Translations under genes and position numbers: made by a program
In this document: one piece after another, positions 22,313 through 30,836 of the stretch
Position numbering within the stretch: the first letter of the stretch is position 1
Layout: each line of letters starts with the position of its first letter
The notes under the pieces: generated by a model
Seen by the model: the letters and a program-made list of their open reading frames with translations, nothing else
Told to the model about the DNA's origin: nothing
The model's database searches: none
From: Wigglesworthia glossinidia endosymbiont of Glossina morsitans morsitans (Yale colony)
GTDB lineage: Bacteria > Pseudomonadota > Gammaproteobacteria > Enterobacterales > Enterobacteriaceae
Direction: 5' to 3'
Assembly: GCF_000247565.1 (NCBI RefSeq)
Contig: NC_016893.1
Span: 150,001 to 182,000 of the forward strand
DNA length: 32,000 nucleotides

Positions 22313-22386
22313 GGCTACGTAGCTTAGTTGGTTAGAGCACGGCACTCATAACGCCGAGGTCACAGGTTCAAATCCTGTCGTAGCTA
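22313..22386 (+). tRNA. metT: tRNA-Met, elongator (anticodon CAU)
   Basis: The sequence ggctacgtagcttagttggttagagcacggcactCATaacgccgaggtcacaggttcaaatcctgtcgtagcta is very close to E. coli metT/metU and unlike tRNA-fMet or tRNA-Ile2. It has a G1:U72 pair and an A:C mismatch at the base of the anticodon stem. No CCA is encoded. Confidence 0.9.
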
Positions 22387-22391
22387 ATTTT

Positions 22392-22474
22392 GCGGAAGTG
22401 GCGAAATTGGTAGACGCACCAGATTTAGGATCTGGCACTCAAAAAGTATGCGAGTTCGAGTCTCGCCTTCCGCA
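22392..22474 (+). tRNA. leuW: tRNA-Leu (anticodon UAG)
   Basis: Class II tRNA with a long variable arm: gcggaagtggcgaaattggtagacgcaccagattTAGgatctgg...gcgagttcgagtctcgccttccgca. It is close to E. coli leuW. It starts 5 nt after tRNA-Met. No CCA is encoded. Confidence 0.93.
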
Positions 22475-22485
22475 CATTTTTGTTG

Positions 22486-22556
22486 TGGGGCATAGCCAAG
22501 AGGAAAGGCAGCGGGTTTTGATCCCGCGATCCCAGGTTCGAATCCTGGTGCCCCAG
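22486..22556 (+). tRNA. glnU: tRNA-Gln (anticodon UUG)
   Basis: The sequence tggggcatagccaagaggaaaggcagcgggttTTGatcccgcgatcccaggttcgaatcctggtgccccag has a U1:A72 pair and the 3-bp D stem typical of tRNA-Gln. It starts 11 nt after tRNA-Leu. By my count the variable loop is 4 nt, so the ends could be off by 1. No CCA is encoded. Confidence 0.88.
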
Positions 22557-22571
22557 TAAATAAATTGAAAA

Positions 22572-22913
22572 TTAAGATGTTTTTTTACAAAATGCTGAAA
22601 AAATGTTCATAACAAATATACCCGATATTATCAATAAAATTCCAATAATTTCTATAAAATTTAATTTTTGATTATATAAAAAGTATCCAGATAAAGTAAC
22701 AAATAAAATTCCAAGTCCGGACCATAAAGCATATGCAATCGCGACAGGAATATTTTGTAGAGCTAAAGATAAAAAAAATGAAGATGAAATATATCCTATA
22801 AGCACTAAAATAGAAGGAAAAATTTTTGTAAAGCCATTTGATAATTTTACAAGCGAAGTCGCAAAAACTTCGGAAATAATAGCAAAAAATAAATATAAAT
22901 ATGATAGTTTCAT
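22572..22913 (-). CDS. Small multidrug resistance (SMR) family transporter, EmrE/Qac-like
   Basis: 113-aa ORF with four TM helices, the conserved membrane-embedded Glu (AIISEVFATSLVKLSNGFT) and the AYALWSGLGI motif, as in EmrE/MdtJ-type SMR proteins. Confidence 0.8.
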   Translation of the reverse strand: MKLSYLYLFFAIISEVFATSLVKLSNGFTKIFPSILVLIGYISSSFFLSLALQNIPVAIAYALWSGLGILFVTLSGYFLYNQKLNFIEIIGILLIISGIFVMNIFSAFCKKTS

Positions 22914-23050
22914 AAAGAACTAAAAATAAATTAAATTTATTTATAATTATAGCATAATTTAATCATTTATTAAATGTTCAAAAAATACAATTCAAACATT
23001 AGATTTTATCTGTGCTTAAAATATATTTACAAATTTCGATTAATTTTATT

Positions 23051-23830
23051 TTAAAAAAAATTTTTTTTCAAAAATTTATTAATAACTTTCGAACACAACT
23101 GTGGATGTGAAATAAATGGAGCATGAGATGCATCAGGGATAATGATATCGGCGTTATTTGTACAGTATAACTTTTTAATAGCAGGAATTACTTTTCTCGG
23201 TATAAGTATATCTAAATTACCATAAATTTTTAAAACAGGAATTTTCAGATGTTTCAAAGAACAGCGTATATCTGTATTTTGCAATATTTTTAATCCAGAC
23301 ATTAAAGCTTCAAAAGATGGATCAGGTTGATTAAAAAAATTTTCTTTTAATTTTCGTATATTATTAATCTGCTTTTTTGCACCTAACAATTGAATACTAA
23401 AAAATCGATTCATAGTGTTTTTAAAATTATTTTTTAATTGCAATGCAAAATTTTTTAAAATCTTTATTTTTACTCCAGGCCAATTTTTTTTTTCGCAAAA
23501 ACAAGGAGAAGAAGATATAATAATTAATCCATGAAATTTTTTAGGATATTGAATTGCAATTTTACTTGCTATCAAACCTCCTAAAGACCATCCAATTAAT
23601 ATTGATTTTTTTGGTGCACGATTTGAAATAACCTCTATAATATCTGAAAGTAAATAACAAGAAAAATTCTTATTTTCTCCATATCCTGGAAGATCTATAA
23701 GATGTAATTTAAATTTTTTAAAATAATAAGGAATAGTATTTGACCAGATTTGTGCGTTAAACCCCCATCCATGCAAAAAAATTATATTTTTTTTTCCTGA
23801 TCCTATAGTTTTCCAAAAAAAAGACTGCAT
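23051..23830 (-). CDS. bioH: Pimeloyl-[ACP] methyl ester carboxylesterase (biotin synthesis)
   Basis: 259-aa alpha/beta hydrolase colinear with E. coli BioH. It has the blocks FLHGWG.NA.IW, LIDLPG.G, the nucleophile elbow GWSLGG, the SSSPCF block, Asp in YG.LD.L.PRKV and His in ASHAPFISHP. Confidence 0.88.
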   Translation of the reverse strand: MQSFFWKTIGSGKKNIIFLHGWGFNAQIWSNTIPYYFKKFKLHLIDLPGYGENKNFSCYLLSDIIEVISNRAPKKSILIGWSLGGLIASKIAIQYPKKFHGLIIISSSPCFCEKKNWPGVKIKILKNFALQLKNNFKNTMNRFFSIQLLGAKKQINNIRKLKENFFNQPDPSFEALMSGLKILQNTDIRCSLKHLKIPVLKIYGNLDILIPRKVIPAIKKLYCTNNADIIIPDASHAPFISHPQLCSKVINKFLKKNFF

Positions 23831-24096
23831 GAATTTTTTCCGAATTTTATTAATATATTCACTTTAAGAAATTATATATATTTATATTAAAAATTTTAGA
23901 AAAATATTAATTTAAATGCAACATTTAATTGTATCAAGATAATTTTTAATGCATATACAGTTAAAATGATACAACATAAATAATTTTTTTATTTATTCCA
24001 TATTATTTGTAGTTTTATACAGATTATTTATTGATAAAATAAGATATAAATTTTATCATATCGTTTTTTTAATATTTTATTGATTTTAGGAAAAAT

Positions 24097-25011
24097 ATGA
24101 AGAAATATAATTTTCAGTTAATTTTATCTTTTTTTTCTGATTTACAAAACAAAATTTGTGATACTTTTTCAAAAGTAGACAATCATTCTATCTTTAAAGA
24201 AGATAAATGGAAAACAATGCGCGGTCAAGGTCGTACTAGAGTTTTAAAAAATGGAAAAATATTTGAACAAGCTAGCGTAAATATTTCAAACATTTCTGGA
24301 AATTCACTACCACACGCATCTACAAATAAAAATAAAAATTTTTTAAATCGTTTTTATAAGGCTACTGGAATTTCAGTAGTAGTACATCCTAAAAATCCTT
24401 ATATTCCCACTAGTCATTTAAATATCCGTTTTTTTTCAGTTAAAAGTGCTAAAAATATTTCAACATGGTGGTTTGGAGGAGGATTCGATTTGACTCCATA
24501 TTACGGATTTACAGAAGATGCAATACATTGGCATCGTACTGCTGAAAAAATTTGTCGTCCTTTTGGAAAAGATTTATATGAAAAGTATAAAAAGTGGTGC
24601 GATGAATATTTTTTTATTAAACACCGTAATGAACCTAGAGGCATTGGAGGTTTATTTTTTGATGATCTAAATACACCAGATTTTAACCAAGTTTTTTGCT
24701 TTATTCAAGCAATAGGTAATGGTTATATAGAAGCTTATTTGCCAATAGTGAATTTGAGAAAATCTTATACGTGGAAGCAACGAGAACGTGATTTTCAATT
24801 ATATCGACGTAGCAGATATGTAGAATTCAACTTATTATTAGACAGAGGTACTTTATTCGGTATTCAATCAAAAGGTAGAATCGAATCTATATTATCTTCG
24901 ATGCCTCCATTAGTAAAATGGAAATATGACTGGAAGCCTCATCCAAAAAGTCGTGAAAATAAATTATATACTGATTTTTTAACTGCTAAAAATTGGTTGA
25001 ATAAAAACTAA
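24097..25011 (+). CDS. hemF: Oxygen-dependent coproporphyrinogen III oxidase
   Basis: 304-aa ORF colinear with E. coli HemF ([80 protein letters not shown]). Confidence 0.95.
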   Translation: MKKYNFQLILSFFSDLQNKICDTFSKVDNHSIFKEDKWKTMRGQGRTRVLKNGKIFEQASVNISNISGNSLPHASTNKNKNFLNRFYKATGISVVVHPKNPYIPTSHLNIRFFSVKSAKNISTWWFGGGFDLTPYYGFTEDAIHWHRTAEKICRPFGKDLYEKYKKWCDEYFFIKHRNEPRGIGGLFFDDLNTPDFNQVFCFIQAIGNGYIEAYLPIVNLRKSYTWKQRERDFQLYRRSRYVEFNLLLDRGTLFGIQSKGRIESILSSMPPLVKWKYDWKPHPKSRENKLYTDFLTAKNWLNKN

Positions 25012-25134
25012 TATAAATTATTTATAATTAATATATAATAGTTTTTCATATATTTATATATAAATACTTTTATAAAAAACTTTTACATTTTAAATTTCTA
25101 TATATTTTAGAAATTTTCTATTAATGGAAAATAT

Positions 25135-26085
25135 ATGAATCAATTAAATAATATTAAAAAATTTACGAATGTCGTAATGGATACCGGTAATCTTGAATTA
25201 ATTAAGAAATATTTACCAAAAGATGTCACTACAAATCCATCTTTAGTATACAAAGAAATGACTTCATATATTTATCAAGAATTTATTGCAGATGCAGTAT
25301 CTTATGCAAACAAACAAGGTGGCGATAAAAAAACACGTTTACAAAATGCCAATGATAAATTATATGTAAACGTATCAAAAGAAATTTTAAAATTAATTTC
25401 TGGACGTGTTTCTATCGAGATAGATATTCGATTATCTTTTGATTATTTAGCTTTAATTGAAAGAGCTAAAAAAATAATATTTTTATGTAATCAGTATGGA
25501 ATAGAAAAAAATCGCGTATTAATTAAATTGGCAGCTACATGGGAAGGTATTAAAGCAGCAGAAATATTAGAAAAATCTGGAATAAACTGTAATTTAACAT
25601 TGATTTTTTCACTTATACAAGCTAGAGCATGTGCAGAAGCACAAGTACATTTAATATCTCCATTTATAGGTAGAGTATGTGATTGGTATTTTAAAAATAA
25701 AAAAATGCAGCATAAATCCCTACTATATTTAGATCCAGGCATTAAATTAGCTTACAAAATTTATAATTTTTATAAACAAAGAAATTATAACACTATTATT
25801 ATGGGAGCAAGCTTTAGAAATTTAAAACAAATTTACGCATTAATTGGATATGATGCGATTACTGTTGCTCCAATTTTTTTTGAACAATTAAGTTGTATGC
25901 AAAAATCTAATACTATATTACCTCATATATTACCTAGTTTAAATAAATTCAAAAAACTATCTGAATCTAAATTTCGTTGGCAATATAACTATAATGCGAT
26001 GGCTATAGAAAAATTATCGGAAGGAATTCGATTATTTTTTAATGATCAAAAAAAAATAGATAATATTTTTTTAAAATACTTGTAA
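25135..26085 (+). CDS. tal: Transaldolase
   Basis: 316-aa ORF with the Schiff-base Lys context [16 protein letters not shown], plus [17 protein letters not shown] and SPF.GR..DWY. The N-terminus and the WEG motif look more TalA-like than TalB-like. It is followed by tkt, as in the E. coli talA-tktB pair. Confidence 0.95.
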   Translation: MNQLNNIKKFTNVVMDTGNLELIKKYLPKDVTTNPSLVYKEMTSYIYQEFIADAVSYANKQGGDKKTRLQNANDKLYVNVSKEILKLISGRVSIEIDIRLSFDYLALIERAKKIIFLCNQYGIEKNRVLIKLAATWEGIKAAEILEKSGINCNLTLIFSLIQARACAEAQVHLISPFIGRVCDWYFKNKKMQHKSLLYLDPGIKLAYKIYNFYKQRNYNTIIMGASFRNLKQIYALIGYDAITVAPIFFEQLSCMQKSNTILPHILPSLNKFKKLSESKFRWQYNYNAMAIEKLSEGIRLFFNDQKKIDNIFLKYL

Positions 26086-26093
26086 GGTTAAAA

Positions 26094-28100
26094 ATGAAAA
26101 TTTCTAAAAAGATTTTAGCAAACGCCATTCGCGTATTAAGTATGGACATGGTGCAATTTGCAAATTCTGGACATCCTGGAGCTCCAATGGGAATGGCTGA
26201 TATTGCAGAAGTTTTGTGGCGTAATCATCTGAAACATAATCCTAGAAACCCTAAATGGATCAACCGAGATCGTTTTGTTTTATCTAATGGTCATGCATCA
26301 GCTTTAATATATAGTGTTTTACATCTTTTAGGATACAACATATCTATAGAAGATTTAAAAAAATTTCGAAAAATACACTCAAAAACTCCAGGTCATCCTG
26401 AATTTAAAATCACAGATGGTATTGAGATAACTACTGGACCGTTAGGCCAAGGTATAGCTAGCGCTGTTGGTTTAGCAATAAGCGAAAAAATTTTATCTGC
26501 ACAATTTAATCGTCCAAGATTTAATATTATTGATCATTATACATATGTATTTCTTGGAGATGGTTGTATGATGGAAGGTATTTCACATGAAGCCTGCTCT
26601 ATAGCAGGAAATATGAAATTAGGAAAATTAATAGCATTTTATGATAATAACGGAATTTCAATAGACGGAGAAATAAAAGATTGGTTTAATGATGATACAG
26701 CAAGTAGATTTGAATCGTATGGATGGCATGTAATACATAATGTTGATGGACATGACTGCAAAAATATTCATACAGCAATTAAAAACGCTCTTAATGAAAC
26801 TAATAAACCTTCTTTATTAATTTGTAATACAATTATTGCTTTTGGTTCGCCAAATAAATCTGGCAGTCATTTGTCTCATGGCGCACCTTTAGGTGAAATG
26901 GAAATATCACAAACAAGAAAAAAATTAAAATGGAATTATGCTCCTTTTATTATACCAAGCGAAATTTACAAAGCTTGGAATACAGTTGATTTAGGAAAAA
27001 ATTATGAATTAAAATGGAATAAAATATTTTATGAATATACACATAAATACCCTAAACTAAGTCAAGAGCTTATCAGAAGATTAAAATTTAAGTTGCCTGT
27101 ATGCTGGAAAAAACAAATTAAAAAAATAATAACTAATACGCAAAAAGAAAACAATCACATTTCTACCAGACAAGCTTCTAAAAATATTTTAGAAAAAATT
27201 AATTATATGTTACCTGAACTTATTGGAGGATCAGCTGACTTAACTCCAAGTACACTAACAAAACTATCATGTTCTATTTCAATTCAATCGAATATCTCAG
27301 GAAATTATATTCATTATGGTGCAAGAGAATTTGGAATGACTGCTATTGCTAATGGAATAGCAATTTATGGAGGATTTCTTCCATATACTGCAACATTTTT
27401 AGTATTTATGGAATATGCTATTAATGCAGTACGTATGGCTTCATTGATGCAAGCTAAACATATTATGTTATATACACATGATTCTATTGGATTGGGTGAA
27501 GATGGACCAACACATCAACCTATAGAACAGTTAAGTGCTTTACGTATTATTCCAAATTTAAGTGTTTGGCGTCCATGTGATCAAGTAGAAACTGCAGTAG
27601 CGTGGAAAAATGCAATAGAGCGATGTGGTCCCACAGTTATTGTATTGACTCGTCAAAATGTAATAAAACAAGATCGTAACGTAAGTGCATTAAATAACAT
27701 TTCAAAAGGAGGTTATATTTTACGAGAATCTAAACAAAAACCTGAATTAATTTTAATATCTACTGGATCTGAAATTGAAATAACTGTACGTGCATACAAA
27801 ATACTTTCAAATAATGGATATCAAATACGTGTAGTATCATTACCATGCATAGATTTATTTGAATCTCAAAGTAAAATTTATAAGGAGTTAGTTTTACCAA
27901 AAAATGTACAATTAAGAATTGCTATAGAAGCAGGAGTGTCTCATTTCTGGTATAAATATGTTGGATTATCCGGAAAAATAATTGGGATAGATGAATTTGG
28001 AAGATCCGGGTCAGGAAAAGATGTATTTAATTTTTTCAAAATTAATGTTGATACTATTGTGCACCAATCAAAAATACTCATAAAAAAAAGTCGTAAATAA
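26094..28100 (+). CDS. tkt: Transketolase
   Basis: 668-aa ORF with [38 protein letters not shown], the ThDP motif [12 protein letters not shown] and [18 protein letters not shown] blocks. Confidence 0.96.
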   Translation: MKISKKILANAIRVLSMDMVQFANSGHPGAPMGMADIAEVLWRNHLKHNPRNPKWINRDRFVLSNGHASALIYSVLHLLGYNISIEDLKKFRKIHSKTPGHPEFKITDGIEITTGPLGQGIASAVGLAISEKILSAQFNRPRFNIIDHYTYVFLGDGCMMEGISHEACSIAGNMKLGKLIAFYDNNGISIDGEIKDWFNDDTASRFESYGWHVIHNVDGHDCKNIHTAIKNALNETNKPSLLICNTIIAFGSPNKSGSHLSHGAPLGEMEISQTRKKLKWNYAPFIIPSEIYKAWNTVDLGKNYELKWNKIFYEYTHKYPKLSQELIRRLKFKLPVCWKKQIKKIITNTQKENNHISTRQASKNILEKINYMLPELIGGSADLTPSTLTKLSCSISIQSNISGNYIHYGAREFGMTAIANGIAIYGGFLPYTATFLVFMEYAINAVRMASLMQAKHIMLYTHDSIGLGEDGPTHQPIEQLSALRIIPNLSVWRPCDQVETAVAWKNAIERCGPTVIVLTRQNVIKQDRNVSALNNISKGGYILRESKQKPELILISTGSEIEITVRAYKILSNNGYQIRVVSLPCIDLFESQSKIYKELVLPKNVQLRIAIEAGVSHFWYKYVGLSGKIIGIDEFGRSGSGKDVFNFFKINVDTIVHQSKILIKKSRK

Positions 28101-28102
28101 GT

Positions 28103-29098
28103 TTAAGAATGTAATCCTATTGCATTTTTAACTTTCGAAAGAGTATTGTTTGCTATTTTTTTAGCTTTTTCAGAACCAGATTGTAATATTTCTATTAAAT
28201 ACTTTTCTTTGGATCTTATAGAAAAATATTTTTTTTGTATTTTTTTGATATGTTCTAGAACTGTATGAATAACTTCTAATTTTAAATCTCGATATAATTT
28301 ATTTGAAAAGTATGTTTCTAACTCTATTATATTTTTTCCAGTCAGTTCAGATAAAATGCATAGCAAATTAGAAATCCCAGGTTTTTTAATTACATCATAT
28401 TTAATAACTGGAGGTTGATCTGAATCTGTTTGAGCATTTTTTATTTTTCTTATTATAGATTCTTCTGAATCAAGTAAACTAATAAAATTATTTTTATTTT
28501 TATCTGATTTAGACATTTTTTTTTTCGGATTAGATAATGCCATAATCCGAGATCCTGATTGCGTAATAATTAATTCTGGAACGTTAAAAATATTGCTATT
28601 GTATATTTTATTAAAACGCTTTGCAATTAATTTGCTAAGCTCTATATGTTGTGCTTGATCTAAGCCTGCTGGAACTTTATGGGTTTGATATAATAGAATA
28701 TCACTGGCCATTAATATTGGGTAAGAAAACAATCCTATATTTATATTTTTATTATTTTTAGATTTTTCTTTAAATTGAACCATTCTTTTTAATTCTCCAA
28801 AATATGTATAACAACTTAGCATCCAAGATAATTGTGTGTGCTCCGGACGATGTGATTGCATAAATATTGTGCTAATTTTTGGATCAATATCACATGACAA
28901 ATAAATAGACAAAAGATCTAAAGAATTTTTTAATAATAATTTTGGATTTTGTCTTTTTGTAATAGCATGTAAATCAGCAATACAATATATGCTATTATAA
29001 TTCTTTTGAAAAGCATTCCAGCTTCTTATTGTACCGATGTAATTTCCTAAAGTTGGAATTCCAGAAGGTTGTGCAGCACTAAATATATTGAGTTTCAC
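28103..29098 (-). CDS. trpS: Tryptophanyl-tRNA synthetase
   Basis: Colinear with E. coli TrpS. It has a HIGH-region equivalent (FSAAQPSG.PTLGNY.G), the KMSKS motif (KKKMSKSD) and the YFGEL.RM.QFK block. The track start (GTG 29149) would add 17 aa with no E. coli counterpart and would overlap rpe. I prefer GTG 29098 (VKLNIFSAAQPSG vs E. coli MTKPIVFSGAQPSG), preceded by AAGGTGA. That gives 331 aa against 334 in E. coli. Confidence 0.93.
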   Translation of the reverse strand: MKLNIFSAAQPSGIPTLGNYIGTIRSWNAFQKNYNSIYCIADLHAITKRQNPKLLLKNSLDLLSIYLSCDIDPKISTIFMQSHRPEHTQLSWMLSCYTYFGELKRMVQFKEKSKNNKNINIGLFSYPILMASDILLYQTHKVPAGLDQAQHIELSKLIAKRFNKIYNSNIFNVPELIITQSGSRIMALSNPKKKMSKSDKNKNNFISLLDSEESIIRKIKNAQTDSDQPPVIKYDVIKKPGISNLLCILSELTGKNIIELETYFSNKLYRDLKLEVIHTVLEHIKKIQKKYFSIRSKEKYLIEILQSGSEKAKKIANNTLSKVKNAIGLHS

Positions 29099-29111
29099 AT
29101 ACTCACCTTTA

Positions 29112-29828
29112 TTAATTTTTATTTTTTGATAAAATATCAGATTTGGCACGTATTATTTTCAATTGCATTTCTTTTATTGTTTCAAAATAATGATTTTGAT
29201 GAAATATTGCAGATCCTATCACAAATATATCTGCTCCGGAATATGCTATTTTATAAATATTGTTTGCATTAATACCGCCATCTACAGAAATCAAGATCTT
29301 ATATCCGCTATTATTAATTAATTTTCGTATTTTTCGGATTCTATTTATTGCTTTTATTTGAAATTTTTGACCAAAAAATCCTGGATTAACGGACATAATT
29401 AGGACTGTATCAAGATTTTTTAAAATGTAATTATTTTCAAGATATTTCAAAGATGTAGATAAGCTAAATGCTAAACCTGTTTTACAATTATTTTCTTTGA
29501 TCTTATTCAAGATATGTTCTATTTTATTTGTAGATTCAGGATGAAAAATTATACAATTAGATTTTTCTTTAATAAAAGAACAAACTAATTTATCGATAGG
29601 TTTTGCCATTAAATGTATATCGATAGGAATTTCAAATCCGCTTTTACGTAAAGATCTCAATACAATTGGTCCTATACTAAGATTAGGAACATAATGATTA
29701 TCCATAACGTCAAAATGAATACTTTTTGCTCCTGCAGAAATTACTTGTTGTATTTCTTTGCCAAGTATTGTGAAATTTGCAGCTAAAATAGATGGAGAAA
29801 TGTAATATTTGTGTTCTATCTTCGACAT
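29112..29828 (-). CDS. rpe: Ribulose-phosphate 3-epimerase
   Basis: 238-aa ORF with the blocks PSIL.A.F..LG, HFDVMDNHYVPNL.IGP, MSVNPGF.GQ.F, DGG....N and GSAIF, as in E. coli Rpe. Confidence 0.95.
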   Translation of the reverse strand: MSKIEHKYYISPSILAANFTILGKEIQQVISAGAKSIHFDVMDNHYVPNLSIGPIVLRSLRKSGFEIPIDIHLMAKPIDKLVCSFIKEKSNCIIFHPESTNKIEHILNKIKENNCKTGLAFSLSTSLKYLENNYILKNLDTVLIMSVNPGFFGQKFQIKAINRIRKIRKLINNSGYKILISVDGGINANNIYKIAYSGADIFVIGSAIFHQNHYFETIKEMQLKIIRAKSDILSKNKN

Positions 29829-29962
29829 ATAAAATTTGATAAATATTATTTGTAATAAAACGTGTTCTTATTTTTTGAAATGAAATATATATTAAAAATA
29901 TTAAATTAAATTTCGATATAAAGTAAATAATTAAATAATAAGTTCTTTAAAAAAATCTAATT

Positions 29963-30808
29963 TCATTGTTTTATTTGCTTAATTTTGCGTATCCATGGTT
30001 TGTTGATTTTCAAATTTTCCGGTAATTTCTTAATAACATTTTGAGCTTCTTCTAATGAAGAATATGTGCCTGAAACTAACAAATACTGATATTTACTATT
30101 TTTAGAAATTTTATGAATCCAATAAGGATTTAGTTTATTATTTTTTGCATAATTTTTTATTGCTTGCAAATTAGATGAGCTACTAAATTGTATTGTATAG
30201 TAATTATCCGGAGTTGTTTGTAAAAAATTTTTTTCAGAAGTATTTTTCTTCAAATCATTTATGTGTAATGACGAGCTGTGACTGATTTTATTTAAATTAG
30301 AATCATGAGGGGCAACTATATTTTGTTGAGAATTTAATTTTTTATTAATTTCATCTGTACTATGGTGCGTTTTATTATTACTTGATATTACAGATTTTTT
30401 ATGATTTGATATTGCAAGATTGCTATCATGCGAATTTTTATGATTCGTTTCTTTTAATTCTTCTTGAACGTCAGAATAAAGCTTATTTTCTTTGTTATTA
30501 GAAAATAAATCATCATCTTTTTTAAGATCATTTATGTTTTCTTTATTTTCTTTATTTTTCTGTTCGATAATCATAATTTCTTGGGTGACATCTGATTTTT
30601 TAGATAGACGTTTTAAAATTATTCCCATAATTACTATTAATGATATAGAAATAATACTAGCGATAATCATAAATTTATTTTTATTTAGTAATTTTTTATT
30701 GTCTGCATAATTTTTACGTGAAATATAGGAAGTTCGATTATTTTGGTTATTTGATTTTAATGTAGTATCAGTAATTTTATGATTCATATTATCATTGCCT
30801 ATTATCAA
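29963..30808 (-). CDS. damX: SPOR-domain cell-division protein DamX (shortened, low-complexity N/K/S-rich linker)
   Basis: It sits between aroB and rpe, as in E. coli. It has one TM helix (aa 46-65, FMIIASIISISLIVIMGIIL). The C-terminal ~75 aa (YYTIQFSSSSNLQAIKNYAKNNKL..YLLVSGTYSSLEEAQ..IKKLP......PWIRKIKQI) align with the DamX SPOR domain. The start is uncertain (ATG 30808 or ATG 30787). Confidence 0.75.
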   Translation of the reverse strand: MIIGNDNMNHKITDTTLKSNNQNNRTSYISRKNYADNKKLLNKNKFMIIASIISISLIVIMGIILKRLSKKSDVTQEIMIIEQKNKENKENINDLKKDDDLFSNNKENKLYSDVQEELKETNHKNSHDSNLAISNHKKSVISSNNKTHHSTDEINKKLNSQQNIVAPHDSNLNKISHSSSLHINDLKKNTSEKNFLQTTPDNYYTIQFSSSSNLQAIKNYAKNNKLNPYWIHKISKNSKYQYLLVSGTYSSLEEAQNVIKKLPENLKINKPWIRKIKQIKQ

Positions 30809-30836
30809 AAATTATTAATATTATTTAGATTTAATC

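Noticed and set aside
24032-24058. Inverted repeat TGATAAAAT-N9-ATTTTATCA about 40 nt upstream of hemF, with GATAA-type half-sites reminiscent of a Fur box.
   Set aside because: The spacing and sequence do not fit the 19-bp Fur consensus (GATAATGATAATCATTATC). A perfect 9-bp A/T-rich inverted repeat is within chance expectation here.
25092-25116. Inverted repeat AAATTTCTA-tatattt-TAGAAATTT between hemF and tal.
   Set aside because: It is a weak A/T stem without a following U-tract. It lies only 18 nt before the tal start. It could equally be a chance match, a weak hemF terminator or a translational element, and nothing discriminates between these.
25491-25742. 83-aa ORF on the minus strand.
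   Set aside because: It is an antisense frame-shadow inside the transaldolase gene, over its most conserved and relatively G+C-rich active-site region.
29069-29272. 67-aa ORF on the plus strand spanning the trpS/rpe junction.
   Set aside because: It is antisense to both trpS and rpe. The product is hydrophobic and low-complexity, as is typical of A/T-rich shadow frames.
30492-30710. 72-aa ORF on the plus strand.
   Set aside because: It is an antisense frame-shadow inside damX.
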